A DNA stretch of 64,000 nt from a phage, in the sequence record PZ295659.1; one strand, written 5' to 3'. Below, in pieces: positions 8,571 through 18,400 of this stretch. A model generated the notes under the pieces. That model saw nothing but the letters and a program-made list of their open reading frames with translations. It had not been told where the DNA came from and searched no databases. The position numbers were made by a program, and so were the translations under genes. Within the stretch, counting starts at the first letter, position 1; every line of letters starts with the position of its first letter.

Positions 8571-9286
8571 TAGTCAAGGAATCCTTTAACATAATCAAAA
8601 TCACGTTCAAACACATGGGCACTTACCATGGTATGAGTATAATCACCAACTTCTACACCACATTCGTTAGCGATATAATGAAGTAATTTTCCTTGGAGAT
8701 AAAAATCCAACTGCATAACAACAGCACAGTTCTGAGAACGCATATGACAGTGGGTATAAAGCTTACCATCACGAATATAATAAGTCACTGAGTCAGTACA
8801 TGGATATTCAAGTGTTTCGTCCGAATCAAGCAAAGCCTGATCTGAACTTTCTAGAATTTGGAACACAACTCTTCGGGAGTTAGGCTTCTCTTTAAGTTCT
8901 TTTAGAAGAGCTGGTAATTGAGCCGCAATGCGAGGACCGTAGAAAGTGTTGAAGTTTGCAGGCAAAGCGTCTGATTTAGGTTTAGAAATAAATTTAGCGA
9001 CATTAGGATATGCCTTAAATGCTTCTTCTGCATCAGTACCACCAGAAATCATAAACTTCCAGAAGTCTTCGGCATATTCATAAGAGATGCGATTAATACG
9101 TGGATCGGTCATTTTGAATGATGAAGGGGTATCAACAACTACTGTCATAGACCCAATTTCATTACAACGTCCAATACGAGAATCAGTAACGAACTGTGGA
9201 TTTTCTAAAATTTCACGATTAACAGCTTTAAATGCGGATTGAAAATCTGCGGCTTTAATATATTTCATTGTGTTATGTTTTCCCAT
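8570..9286 (-). CDS. 42: deoxypyrimidine (dCMP) hydroxymethylase, thymidylate-synthase family
   Basis: NSRRVV, catalytic YPCTDSVTYYIRDGKL, MRSQNCAVVMQLDFY, ECGVEVGDYTHTMVSAHVFERDF align with TS/gp42 core; Asp rather than TS Asn in the pyrimidine-recognition position. Confidence 0.75.
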   Translation of the reverse strand: MGKHNTMKYIKAADFQSAFKAVNREILENPQFVTDSRIGRCNEIGSMTVVVDTPSSFKMTDPRINRISYEYAEDFWKFMISGGTDAEEAFKAYPNVAKFISKPKSDALPANFNTFYGPRIAAQLPALLKELKEKPNSRRVVFQILESSDQALLDSDETLEYPCTDSVTYYIRDGKLYTHCHMRSQNCAVVMQLDFYLQGKLLHYIANECGVEVGDYTHTMVSAHVFERDFDYVKGFLD

Positions 9287-9302
9287 GTTTACCTCAATAC
9301 AG

Positions 9303-9330
9303 TTATTATATACTCAATTCATAAAGCTTA
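9303..9330 (-). promoter_or_regulatory. possible MotA-dependent middle promoter upstream of gene 42
   Basis: Minus strand AAGCTTTA (MotA-box-like) followed ~12 bp later by TATAAT. Confidence 0.35.
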
Positions 9331-9406
9331 TTTGAATTTCTTAGCAATGTTGATATAACGTAAAGCTTCAGCATCGATACTTCCAAGAACACTATGAAGA
9401 AATGCA

Positions 9407-9568
9407 TCAGCGTAGTATTCTAGTTGAACAGGTTTCTTTAATCACTTTAGCCGCTTTAGTTTCAAACAGGCCCATAAGGGCCTTTTTAAGAATTTGTTCG
9501 TTGCTGTTAATTTTCGTAGTCAAAATCTCTTCATTAAGTTGGTGGTTAAAAGTTTTTCTAGAAATCAT
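9407..9568 (-). CDS. micro-ORF (53 aa) translationally coupled to upstream gene
   Basis: ATG overlaps stop of 386-aa gene (ATGA), GAGGT SD; MISRKTFNHQLNEEILTTKINSNEQILKKALMGLFETKAAKVIKETCSTRILR. Confidence 0.35.
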   Translation of the reverse strand: MISRKTFNHQLNEEILTTKINSNEQILKKALMGLFETKAAKVIKETCSTRILR

Positions 9569-10725
9569 TCCGGGTACCTCAAAGCGTCGTCAGAGTTAGT
9601 TATATCAATAATAGATATAGAGTTTTCTGCTAACCCATTTTTAGATAACTGACGTTTATAATATCTTTCACAATATGTACACGTCGTCCCGCAGATTTCA
9701 TTAGCACAATCGAAATCTGGATGTCTGAACCACCTTTTTTCTAAAAAGCCATCTAACAAAGAGGTTTCAATATTTACCGTATGTGAAAACTCGGTCTCAT
9801 TTTCAAGAGTGAAAATAGTCTCTAAAGGCTTCCACAATTCCAACAAATTACCTTCAAATTTTTCAGAAGCATAAGCTTCAAGAACTTTCAAAATGTAGTC
9901 TGTGCTACCTGTACGTCCTGAAACTTTGAATTGAGTGATACCAATATCATTATAAAGTTTCAAATCTTGAGGACGAACAAAACGAGTTCTCAACCAGTTA
10001 AATGGGTCTGTATCACGAGCTTTAATACAGTGTTGCATTGGATAGCCATTTAAGGATTTGGCATCATCTACTGTAACGTCGGTGCTATGGAAAATATAGC
10101 AAGAGTCACGATAGCTACAATGTGTTGTATACCCTTTACCAGCATTAGAACAGAACTCATTTACAAGAACTTCAAATATTATATTGTTCTTATTGCAAAA
10201 CTCTGCTGCACGCTTCAGGAAAGAAACTGAACGGTTCTTATGAATTCCACAGCAGACCTTTTTGATATTATATTGGTCATGCAAGTATTTGATTTGAGTT
10301 ACAGCATCGACATGTAGAATTGTTGAAACTTCAATCTCAATGTCTTTATTAACTTCACGAACAATTTCCATAACAACAGGGTTAGCGATAGTAATACGCC
10401 ATACGCCTATTGACCAAAGATACTGAACATAATCCTGAATAGCTTTCTTCTTCCACTCAACTAGTTCTCTTTTTGAACCAGGATTTATCGTGTTGAGTGT
10501 ATAGTTAAAGCAAATACCTAATTCGTTACAACGTTTAACATAATCTTCTAACATCTTTTTGTCAACGTCAGGAAGCCTAAAATCAGGTCTGGCTGCTACA
10601 AAAGCCATTTCTCTTGTAGAGCCGTATACTTCATTTATCAAGCTATTAGGATAAGTTTTATTGAGCTCTACGATTTTATCAAGAAGAGCTAAATCAAAAT
10701 TCGTTCCGATTTTAAAAGTATTCAT
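9565..10725 (-). CDS. Cys-rich enzyme of unknown function (U32-like layout, C-terminal CX4CX3CX2C cluster)
   Basis: 386 aa; N-terminal region resembles peptidase-U32-type TIM-barrel proteins; C-terminal CANEICGTTCTYC; several central Cys. Confidence 0.5.
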   Translation of the reverse strand: MNTFKIGTNFDLALLDKIVELNKTYPNSLINEVYGSTREMAFVAARPDFRLPDVDKKMLEDYVKRCNELGICFNYTLNTINPGSKRELVEWKKKAIQDYVQYLWSIGVWRITIANPVVMEIVREVNKDIEIEVSTILHVDAVTQIKYLHDQYNIKKVCCGIHKNRSVSFLKRAAEFCNKNNIIFEVLVNEFCSNAGKGYTTHCSYRDSCYIFHSTDVTVDDAKSLNGYPMQHCIKARDTDPFNWLRTRFVRPQDLKLYNDIGITQFKVSGRTGSTDYILKVLEAYASEKFEGNLLELWKPLETIFTLENETEFSHTVNIETSLLDGFLEKRWFRHPDFDCANEICGTTCTYCERYYKRQLSKNGLAENSISIIDITNSDDALRYPE

Positions 10726-10779
10726 TTTTACATCTCGCGTTAATTGATGCGATGGTTTTTGCAGGTCTTACTTAAATTA

Positions 10780-11181
10780 TTATAGATTCGGTTTATATGA
10801 TTTAAATGTTTCGAATTCGCCTTTATTCATAAGAGCTTTGAATTCGTCAGGACGCATAGCTTTGTCGTCGATAATCCAATCATATACTGGTTTATGTGTT
10901 AGCAAATTATGGTACTTCAAGCCAATGTTTGCCAAGTTCTGAATCAGACTTGGGAGAATGTCAATTGCTATACGACCAGGACCTACTGACTTCATACCGC
11001 GAGCAGTGTAAAGCGTTATTGTATGCCCTGCATCATACAGGGCATTAATGGCAGACACCATTTCGACGTCTGGTTTGAAGTTCACGTAATCACGATTGTT
11101 ATTCCACTCGGTTATACAATCATCGACATCAAAACAAAGATTAAGCATGTTTTCTACACGGTGCATTAGATTCGTTCCCAT
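10780..11181 (-). CDS. HAD-superfamily phosphatase-like protein
   Basis: 133 aa; motif I FDVDDCIT, motif II LYTAR, motif IV IIDDK. Confidence 0.6.
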   Translation of the reverse strand: MGTNLMHRVENMLNLCFDVDDCITEWNNNRDYVNFKPDVEMVSAINALYDAGHTITLYTARGMKSVGPGRIAIDILPSLIQNLANIGLKYHNLLTHKPVYDWIIDDKAMRPDEFKALMNKGEFETFKSYKPNL

Positions 11182-12851
11182 TGATGAGTGATATCGCCAC
11201 CGATTGGACGATAGGAAACACCAGTTTCTTTATCAGTTAGTACCCATTTACCAGGATTTTTTGTAATCAGAGTAGCCGTTACAGGTTCTGCTACGTCATA
11301 ACTAATAGAGCCGTCTTGAAGTACACGGCCCATGTTACGTAATTGCTTAGTCAGAAGTTCCATACCTTTATAATATGCGGCTACCGCTTTAAGTGGATTA
11401 TTCTTGAAATAACCACCTAATGCAATCCAGATAATTGCTACAGCCAAATGATGATACTCGTTAAACGAACTCATCTTTCCATATTTGTAAACTAATGGAT
11501 TGATGTTAATAGTCACATTACAAGTTGTTTCATCAATAGTAAACTGACCCCAGGTCGGATTAGCGTTGAATTCATCATAACCTGAAACAGCGTAAAGCAC
11601 TTTAGCTTCATCATACAATTTTGGCCCGTAAATCTTGGTTTCACCAAAATATCCACGAGGGTCGATAAACTTGACTTCACCATTATCAGTAATCATAGTA
11701 TTACTGAAGTTCGGGTCACCATGAATAACAGAGTACTGTCCCTGAGAACGGTTATGATAACGAATAAGGTGTTCTAAAGCTTGTTTCAACATTGGCTTCA
11801 GACGTCCAATCTTAGTGTAGTTCACATGTGTGATTTTACCAAATGAATCAATCAATGGTTGAATACTTTCACAACGATCAATAACTTTCGTATAGAATTC
11901 TTTAGTGAAATCACGACGAACAGTTTCAGGACTTACAAAATAAGTGTCTGTGCTGAATTTCAGTGCATCTAAAATTGCATCAACAATTTGTGGACGAGCA
12001 AGACTCGATTTGGATTTAATATATTCAAATGCCGGCTTACCTTTAATGCGTTCCATTTCAAAGTTATTTTCATTAACAGAAACTAACTGAGGAACTGAAT
12101 CTGATTTCACTTTAAGATACCATGAAATCTCATCTTTCTGAAGAGCTCGACCCTGTTCGGTTAATGCGAATTTAGTTACAGTTTCTTCACCAATTTCAAC
12201 TGCATTAAAACTACGATTAAGTTCACGAACTTCATGAGCTTTTTCAAGTTTAGGCATATCACCTAAATCAATTAGATTCATAAGCTCTGATTTATTGAAT
12301 GCGCTGCCGTAAAGGAATTCTACGAAATCACGCCCTTTGCAGTATTCATGAATTTCCTCATCAGTAGAACCCATATAGAATTCCCAGTCTTTGAACTGAT
12401 AAATTCCTACAACATTACCACCTGTTGAACCTACGTTAGTGATATTTTCACCGTCGAAATTATATCGACATTCGTCACCCTTAACATAGATTGCGTTAAC
12501 ATTCCAAGACCATGAACCAAAATCAGGAATAATATCGCACCAGTTAACAATTACATTATGGCTGTCTAAATCTTTGTGTAATTTAGCAAGAGCATAAGCA
12601 GAACCATACGCTTCATCAACTGTACGAATAGTCACATTGAACCCTTCTTGCTCACAATAAGCTCGAACAGTTTCAGCAAATTTTGAATGAACTACTACAA
12701 TAATTTCATCTGCGCCAAGGTCAGAATAAATTGTATACAAATTGCTCAGAATAGTGTCTTGTTTATAGTTAACAAGCACCTTAGGAATATGATGCGTTAT
12801 TGGATACAAACGAGTTGCCAGTCCAGCACCAAGAATAACAGCTTTTTTCAT
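11166..12851 (-). CDS. bifunctional sugar-1-phosphate nucleotidyltransferase / APH-family anomeric sugar kinase
   Basis: 561 aa; N-terminal VILGAGLATRLYPIT (G-x-G-T-R-L NTase motif); C-terminal VIHGDPNFSN...KFIDPRG (Brenner motif and DxG of choline/aminoglycoside kinase fold). Confidence 0.8.
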   Translation of the reverse strand: MKKAVILGAGLATRLYPITHHIPKVLVNYKQDTILSNLYTIYSDLGADEIIVVVHSKFAETVRAYCEQEGFNVTIRTVDEAYGSAYALAKLHKDLDSHNVIVNWCDIIPDFGSWSWNVNAIYVKGDECRYNFDGENITNVGSTGGNVVGIYQFKDWEFYMGSTDEEIHEYCKGRDFVEFLYGSAFNKSELMNLIDLGDMPKLEKAHEVRELNRSFNAVEIGEETVTKFALTEQGRALQKDEISWYLKVKSDSVPQLVSVNENNFEMERIKGKPAFEYIKSKSSLARPQIVDAILDALKFSTDTYFVSPETVRRDFTKEFYTKVIDRCESIQPLIDSFGKITHVNYTKIGRLKPMLKQALEHLIRYHNRSQGQYSVIHGDPNFSNTMITDNGEVKFIDPRGYFGETKIYGPKLYDEAKVLYAVSGYDEFNANPTWGQFTIDETTCNVTININPLVYKYGKMSSFNEYHHLAVAIIWIALGGYFKNNPLKAVAAYYKGMELLTKQLRNMGRVLQDGSISYDVAEPVTATLITKNPGKWVLTDKETGVSYRPIGGDITHQWERI

Positions 12852-12892
12852 GTTGTGGTCCTCATTGGTAAGTAGGAGTATTGTACACTATT

Positions 12893-13036
12893 CTAGTTAA
12901 AGCATTCATACTTTGCTTGTAGTCCAATCATAATCCATCCGATTACAAGTGTTGGAATCATTACTGGAGCCGTTAAGCTCCAGTAGATAGTCATGACAAG
13001 CATCAATAGTAAAAGTCCTATTGTTATTGCTTTCAT
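12893..13036 (-). CDS. micro-ORF encoding 47-aa hydrophobic peptide
   Basis: ATG overlaps stop of SIS gene (ATGA); MKAITIGLLLLMLVMTIYWSLTAPVMIPTLVIGWIMIGLQAKYECFN; followed by GAGGA SD of NTase/kinase gene. Confidence 0.4.
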   Translation of the reverse strand: MKAITIGLLLLMLVMTIYWSLTAPVMIPTLVIGWIMIGLQAKYECFN

Positions 13037-13668
13037 TGTTCGCCTCGTAACATGGCACCTAGTGCACCGCCAGGGTGGAACTTAAGGAAGTCATTAGAGG
13101 TAAATCCACGTTCAGACGAAAGGTTGATAGCAAACGTATCGATAAGCGCTAACAACAATGTAGTGGACATGGTCGGAGCCAGAGAATTCTCATCAACCTC
13201 TACTGCGATGCCTGTACAGAACGTATAATCAAAAAGAGCTTCATATTCTTGTGGAATGTCTGGGTTACAATGCAACAGAATCTGTTTGACGTTCGGACGA
13301 ATCATTTTAAGATGCTTAGCCACGCCTATCATTTCTTCAGTTTTACCAGAACGACTAATATGAATCAACACATCATTAGGCGCAATGAATCCTGCATCAC
13401 CGTGAGAATAATGCCCGGTGTTCAAGTACATACTAGGGATACCGAGTGAAGCAAATGTTTCAGAAGCTTTAGTTGCAATATTAGCATTCTTACCAACACC
13501 TGTAATAATTACTCGGCTTTCATAATTACTAAGCCCTGGGCGTCGAAGAGTTTCTAGAATAGCATTATAACGAGCAGGGTTTTGACTAATTACTTTGGCC
13601 ATAGCGGCCAAAGAAGAAGCTTGTTTTATGATTGCGTCAATAGCGATAGTAATAGGAGTAGTTTTCAT
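13033..13668 (-). CDS. D-arabinose-5-phosphate isomerase (KdsD/GutQ-like, SIS domain only)
   Basis: 211 aa; IITGVGKNANIATKASETFASLGIPSMYLNTGHYSHGDAG parallels KdsD GMGKSGHIG.K.AATFASTGTPSFF.HPGEASHGDLG. Confidence 0.8.
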   Translation of the reverse strand: MKTTPITIAIDAIIKQASSLAAMAKVISQNPARYNAILETLRRPGLSNYESRVIITGVGKNANIATKASETFASLGIPSMYLNTGHYSHGDAGFIAPNDVLIHISRSGKTEEMIGVAKHLKMIRPNVKQILLHCNPDIPQEYEALFDYTFCTGIAVEVDENSLAPTMSTTLLLALIDTFAINLSSERGFTSNDFLKFHPGGALGAMLRGEQ

Positions 13669-13708
13669 ATTTCTCTCATTTAATTAGTTTACCGTCCATG
13701 ACATTATA

Positions 13709-16420
13709 TCAAAAATCGAACATATCGAAAAGAGATGCTTTCTTCTCGTAATCGAGTTTCGCTGCTGATGTGAATCCTTCAAGTGGTTTAATAAATGTCT
13801 TCTCAAGGAGAACAGTGTAGTCCATCCAATGAAGTACGTCGTCTTTAATTAAATCTGTGATTTCAGTACCAGAAGGCCATGCGATACATTTATCACCGAA
13901 TGGGTTTCCTTCACGTAAAGGCAGAACATATACTTTTTCACCTTCTACAACTTGCGGTGCATCGATATTACCTTTGATGGCCCGGTTATATGTCAGAATT
14001 CCACGAATATGGAACGGACATTTAGGACCAGGGAATCCACCTACGTCATATTTAGCGATGTTATTCGCAGAAGATACCGACGCGATGCTAATATAATTCA
14101 ATTGACGGAATTCTTTTTCAAACTCTTTAAAATATTCTTGTAATGATTCTTCACCTTCTTGAAGCATACGACGAATACATTCTTTAAGAGCTTTCTGTAC
14201 GGCTTTAGGAGTCGAAGATTTCTGCGTCTCTAGACCCATGATTTTGAGTTTAGGCTCAGCGTAACGAGTACCTTCCATATCCCACACGTTTAATGCATAA
14301 CGTTTCTTACCAGTCCAGAATCCACCAATACCTTTAGAACCAAGTGGAGGCCCAGCGATAGCTTCTCGGTCCATGAACATTAAGTGTTGTTTATTGTTCA
14401 TGTATTCACACATTTCACGGAAACCTCTATCAATAGCTGGTTCCATACGTTCACGTGCAAACTTATCTAAGAAGTCTACCCAGTGGTTGGTATCACGGAA
14501 TTTAGATTCACCAACCTTATCGATAATTTTATCAGCAGATACGTAAATAGAGTCTGTATCACCATAAAGAACGAAAGCTTCACCTTCTGTACCACAAACT
14601 TCGTTCAGATATTCATTAACTTTACGTTCAATCCACTGTAAAGCCATTTGCCCAAATGTTGTGATTGCAGTAGCATTACGCAAATCATAATAACGGAACC
14701 AAACGTTGCCAAGTGCACCATAAAGTGAGTTGATAAGCAATTTACGGTTAATTTGAGCAGTCATACCTGCAACTTCGGTACGTTGAGCTCTAAACAACAT
14801 TTCATTAAGAGATTTAGCAGACAACTTTTTAATCTTTTCTTTAATCTCATCACTGAAGTCGAAACGATAATCAACATCTAATGGTTCGTCAACAGAAAGA
14901 TTAGGATTATGCAATGCCTCTTTAATTATTTCACCGTTACGTTGAGCTGCAAGCATGTAACCTTTATGTTCTTTACGTTGATTAAAGACCTTAGTGATTT
15001 CAGTTGGAACTACACCATCACGGTCTTTATAATACATCATGCCGTTAGGAGAGCAACTGTACACATCTGAAGGACGTTCAGCAACAGCGTTAATATAATC
15101 ATGCAATGGAGCTACTTTAAACGTTCCTGCTATTGTTTCCGGGCTAATATTCACTTGGCGAATAATACTTGGATACAGAGATGTAAGGTCGAAACTCATT
15201 ACATATTTGTATCGATTTGGAATAGGTTCCTTAACAAAAGCACCAGGATAAGGTTGAACCGGGTGAGAACGACCTTGTGGAATCACCTTGTTCTGCTCTT
15301 TAAGGCTATTAAAAATAATAGCATCCCATGTTTTAATTGGGCTAAACACAGATTGAATCTGTATCTTAGCATAATAACCCATGTCCAAACTCAAGTTGAT
15401 GAACTGACGCTTAGCATCAATTTGCAATACACGATACACGTCGATAATGTTATAAGAAATATATCGTTGGTGATTGCTTTCACGAAGCTTAGAAATAGGG
15501 CCGTCATATTTCAGTTTACCAACGTTCAATTCAAATTCTGAAATGTAATCCAGAGAATATGACGGCTGATTGGTAAAAGAGAATTTTTTGTAAAGGTCAA
15601 TGTAATCAAGAACAGAGATACCGAACAATGTAATGATTTCACGAGAACCATACATGTTTTCGATAACTTTAACACGAGTTTTACGATGTGGTGATAAACG
15701 TTTCGCAGTAGATTCGCCAAAAATATTCTTGATTCGGTTATACACATATGGAATATCAAATGACTCAACGTTCCATCCAGTCAAAATGACAGGAGTTTTC
15801 TGTTGCCAGAAGTTGAGATATTCCATCAACAATTCTTTTTCGTTATCGAACGGCATATAAATGATTTTATCGATAATTTCGGATGGAACTTCATCACCGC
15901 CTTGTTCTTGAAGCTTGGCCGCAATTTCGATAGACCATTCTTCTACATTACCATATGGAGAATTCAATAGATCAAATACGTAGAACCTGTCGTCAATTGA
16001 GTCATAATGGGTGATAGCATCAATCGGATGTTTTGCTTGTGACGGCTCAGGGAACCCATCCGGGGATGTTACTTCGATGTCGAAGTTAGCCACACGAATT
16101 TTTGTATGGTCGTATTTGATTTCATAGTTATAAGTGTCAGACAAATACGCCAATTTGAAATCGTCCATGCCAAGTGCTTCAAGTCCGATATCTTCCATGC
16201 GTTTAATCCATTGGGAGGCATCACGCATATTGGCGAACAACTTACGAGTACACGGCTTACCATAGATATCAAAATATTTCGTGGCCTGACTTTCAGGACA
16301 ATGTGCAAACAATGATGGTTTATACTCTACTTCACGAGTACGTTCACGGCCGTTAGAATCGATGTAACGTTCAAAAATTGAATCACCAATCTGTTCAACC
16401 GTTAAGTAAAATTCTTTCAT
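13709..16420 (-). CDS. 43: DNA polymerase gp43 (family B)
   Basis: 903 aa; exo motifs FDIE, YNIIDV; pol motifs SLYPSII, YGDTDS; matches RB69 gp43 as I recall it. Confidence 0.97.
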   Translation of the reverse strand: MKEFYLTVEQIGDSIFERYIDSNGRERTREVEYKPSLFAHCPESQATKYFDIYGKPCTRKLFANMRDASQWIKRMEDIGLEALGMDDFKLAYLSDTYNYEIKYDHTKIRVANFDIEVTSPDGFPEPSQAKHPIDAITHYDSIDDRFYVFDLLNSPYGNVEEWSIEIAAKLQEQGGDEVPSEIIDKIIYMPFDNEKELLMEYLNFWQQKTPVILTGWNVESFDIPYVYNRIKNIFGESTAKRLSPHRKTRVKVIENMYGSREIITLFGISVLDYIDLYKKFSFTNQPSYSLDYISEFELNVGKLKYDGPISKLRESNHQRYISYNIIDVYRVLQIDAKRQFINLSLDMGYYAKIQIQSVFSPIKTWDAIIFNSLKEQNKVIPQGRSHPVQPYPGAFVKEPIPNRYKYVMSFDLTSLYPSIIRQVNISPETIAGTFKVAPLHDYINAVAERPSDVYSCSPNGMMYYKDRDGVVPTEITKVFNQRKEHKGYMLAAQRNGEIIKEALHNPNLSVDEPLDVDYRFDFSDEIKEKIKKLSAKSLNEMLFRAQRTEVAGMTAQINRKLLINSLYGALGNVWFRYYDLRNATAITTFGQMALQWIERKVNEYLNEVCGTEGEAFVLYGDTDSIYVSADKIIDKVGESKFRDTNHWVDFLDKFARERMEPAIDRGFREMCEYMNNKQHLMFMDREAIAGPPLGSKGIGGFWTGKKRYALNVWDMEGTRYAEPKLKIMGLETQKSSTPKAVQKALKECIRRMLQEGEESLQEYFKEFEKEFRQLNYISIASVSSANNIAKYDVGGFPGPKCPFHIRGILTYNRAIKGNIDAPQVVEGEKVYVLPLREGNPFGDKCIAWPSGTEITDLIKDDVLHWMDYTVLLEKTFIKPLEGFTSAAKLDYEKKASLFDMFDF

Positions 16421-16447
16421 TTAATTTCCTTTAGACGAGTTATTGTC
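16421..16447 (-). promoter_or_regulatory. gene 43 translational operator-like hairpin plus SD
   Basis: Minus strand GAC-AAUAACUC-GUC hairpin followed by UAAAGGAAAUUAA AUG; loop resembles the T4/RB69 gp43 autoregulatory operator. Confidence 0.5.
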
Positions 16448-16501
16448 TTTTGTTTGTTGATGAACTTATTATACTCCAAATGGGACCGAAGTCCCATTGC
16501 T

Positions 16502-16870
16502 TTAATTACCAATTGTATATTTTGCTTTCAAAGTCCAGTCATCTTTCTGTTTAAAAGAGATAACTCGGAAGTTATTAGTCAGGCTAAATAGATCTTCACG
16601 AGCAGAGTCTTCAATAATAATCAATCCCCAGTCTTCAAGCAACTGAGCAATCGAATCACGTCGCTGATAGTCTTCACCATCAATATCAACCTGACGTCCG
16701 TCCATACGCAGCATTTCTTTAAAGTGGACGATATAGTACTTACCTTGCTTTTGGAGGATATGACAAGACTGGTAAAGGACTTTATCCTTGTTATTAGCGA
16801 TGCCCATACGGGTCAAAGTCTCTTTGACTTTCAGAAAATCTTCAGGGTTCTTCAATTTAATTTCAATCAT
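16502..16870 (-). CDS. regA: RegA translational repressor
   Basis: MIEIKLKNPEDFLKVKETLTRMGIANNKDKVLYQSCHILQK... matches T4 RegA; start at ATG 16870. Confidence 0.9.
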   Translation of the reverse strand: MIEIKLKNPEDFLKVKETLTRMGIANNKDKVLYQSCHILQKQGKYYIVHFKEMLRMDGRQVDIDGEDYQRRDSIAQLLEDWGLIIIEDSAREDLFSLTNNFRVISFKQKDDWTLKAKYTIGN

Positions 16871-16872
16871 TT

Positions 16873-17436
16873 TTACCATTCCAATGCTAATTTTTTAAAT
16901 TGTTTTTGTTCTTTCACATTTTTTGTAACTTCTTTGAGAAACTCATCGGTGACCATGGCCTTCAGTTCTTTAAGGACTATTGGCAACTTGTTATTTTTTT
17001 CAAGGAGCCGCTTATACTCAGTAGCATCATTCATGTTGATTGTGTAATGTTTCATCAACAGTTTGATAACTAGTAACTCTGAAGTGTCTTCGACTAGTTT
17101 AGCCCATTTAGAGAATCGACGACCACGTGGAATTGCCGCCATCATATAGTTGAAGTGCGCTTCATCACTTAATTCAGAACCGACTAAGTTCATCATGTAA
17201 ACAGCTGGCATACATTCTGGGAACTGGGATAATGAGTTCTCAACCATAAATTTTGAGTAGTCGACCTGAGCAATTGACATAGATTTCTTTTCATTAATAG
17301 CATTAATGATTTTAAAGAATTCATTCTCAGGTTTTTCTTTAAACATATCAGCACATTTTTGAATCGCATCAGCGTCATTAGACTTCCATGCAATTTGGTG
17401 CTCGTTAAGCCGGACGTCATCATCGAATAAGTTCAT
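16873..17436 (-). CDS. 62: clamp loader small subunit gp62
   Basis: 187 aa, syntenic and colinear with T4 gp62. Confidence 0.9.
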   Translation of the reverse strand: MNLFDDDVRLNEHQIAWKSNDADAIQKCADMFKEKPENEFFKIINAINEKKSMSIAQVDYSKFMVENSLSQFPECMPAVYMMNLVGSELSDEAHFNYMMAAIPRGRRFSKWAKLVEDTSELLVIKLLMKHYTINMNDATEYKRLLEKNNKLPIVLKELKAMVTDEFLKEVTKNVKEQKQFKKLALEW

Positions 17437-17437
17437 A

Positions 17438-18400
17438 TTATTTCCAAGTCAGTTCGCAGGTCAGTTGAAGAAGCATATACATAACATGTAATTCAATATT
17501 ACTTGCTAATCCATGAAACTTATTGTTTTCGCCTGCAATTTCATAAAGCGAAATAATACTTTTACCAGGTGCAACTTGGTCATAACATTCTGAAACTAAT
17601 TTATCGATGAACCATGAATAATCTGCGGCATATTTTGGAGCTAATGCACGAAGCTGTTTGATATCTTTGTTCTTCATTGCTTCGATAACATCAGAGACTG
17701 TGCCACGGTCATTAGTTACGATAGACAAAATACCCGCATCAAGAACACCTTTAGACGAGTACTGGTCTAATTGACCAATTGTACGACGAAAGTCCGGGAA
17801 GTTCTTTTTAACCAGAGCTGCAACAACTTTCATATCAGCGATTTCGATATTTTCGTTCTTACAGATTTCAACCATACGATGAATCATTTTCTTCATCATC
17901 GAGATTTTATCTTCTTCGGTTGGACGTCCGAATTCGATAACTCGACAACGACTACGTAACGGTTCGATAATTCCATCGATGTTGTTGGCAGTAATAATAA
18001 TAGAACAGTTACTAGAGAATTCTTCCATGAATGTACGAAGGTGTCGTTGTGATTCGGCAAGGCCACTACGGTCAAATTCATCAATAACAATAACTTTCGG
18101 CTTGCCTTCCATTGAGACTGAACGAGCAAATGCAGTTAACGGTCCACGTACAAAATCAATCTTACAATCAGAACCGTTGACGAACATCATTTCGGCATTG
18201 ATATCATTACATAATGCTTTTGCTACGGTTGTTTTACCTGTACCAGGAGAAGGAGAGTGCAAAATAATATGAGGAAGTTTTCCTTTAGATACTAAAGACT
18301 TGAATGTTTCATGGTCATACGCAGGCAGAATACATTCGTCAATGGAAGAAGGACGATATTTCTGTTCTAGAATGTGTTCTTTGGAATTGATAGTAATCAT
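17438..18400 (-). CDS. 44: clamp loader AAA+ subunit gp44
   Basis: 320 aa, Walker [11 protein letters not shown], colinear with T4 gp44. Confidence 0.95.
   Translation of the reverse strand: MITINSKEHILEQKYRPSSIDECILPAYDHETFKSLVSKGKLPHIILHSPSPGTGKTTVAKALCNDINAEMMFVNGSDCKIDFVRGPLTAFARSVSMEGKPKVIVIDEFDRSGLAESQRHLRTFMEEFSSNCSIIITANNIDGIIEPLRSRCRVIEFGRPTEEDKISMMKKMIHRMVEICKNENIEIADMKVVAALVKKNFPDFRRTIGQLDQYSSKGVLDAGILSIVTNDRGTVSDVIEAMKNKDIKQLRALAPKYAADYSWFIDKLVSECYDQVAPGKSIISLYEIAGENNKFHGLASNIELHVMYMLLQLTCELTWK

Noticed and set aside
9565-10725. Classifying the 386-aa protein as a canonical radical SAM enzyme
   Set aside because: The CX3CX2C-like triad is at the extreme C-terminus rather than after the first beta-strand, and no glycine-rich SAM-binding motif was recognised; left as unknown Cys-rich enzyme
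15101-15541. Plus-strand 146-aa ORF
   Set aside because: Embedded antisense within the DNA polymerase gene; low-complexity AT-rich translation
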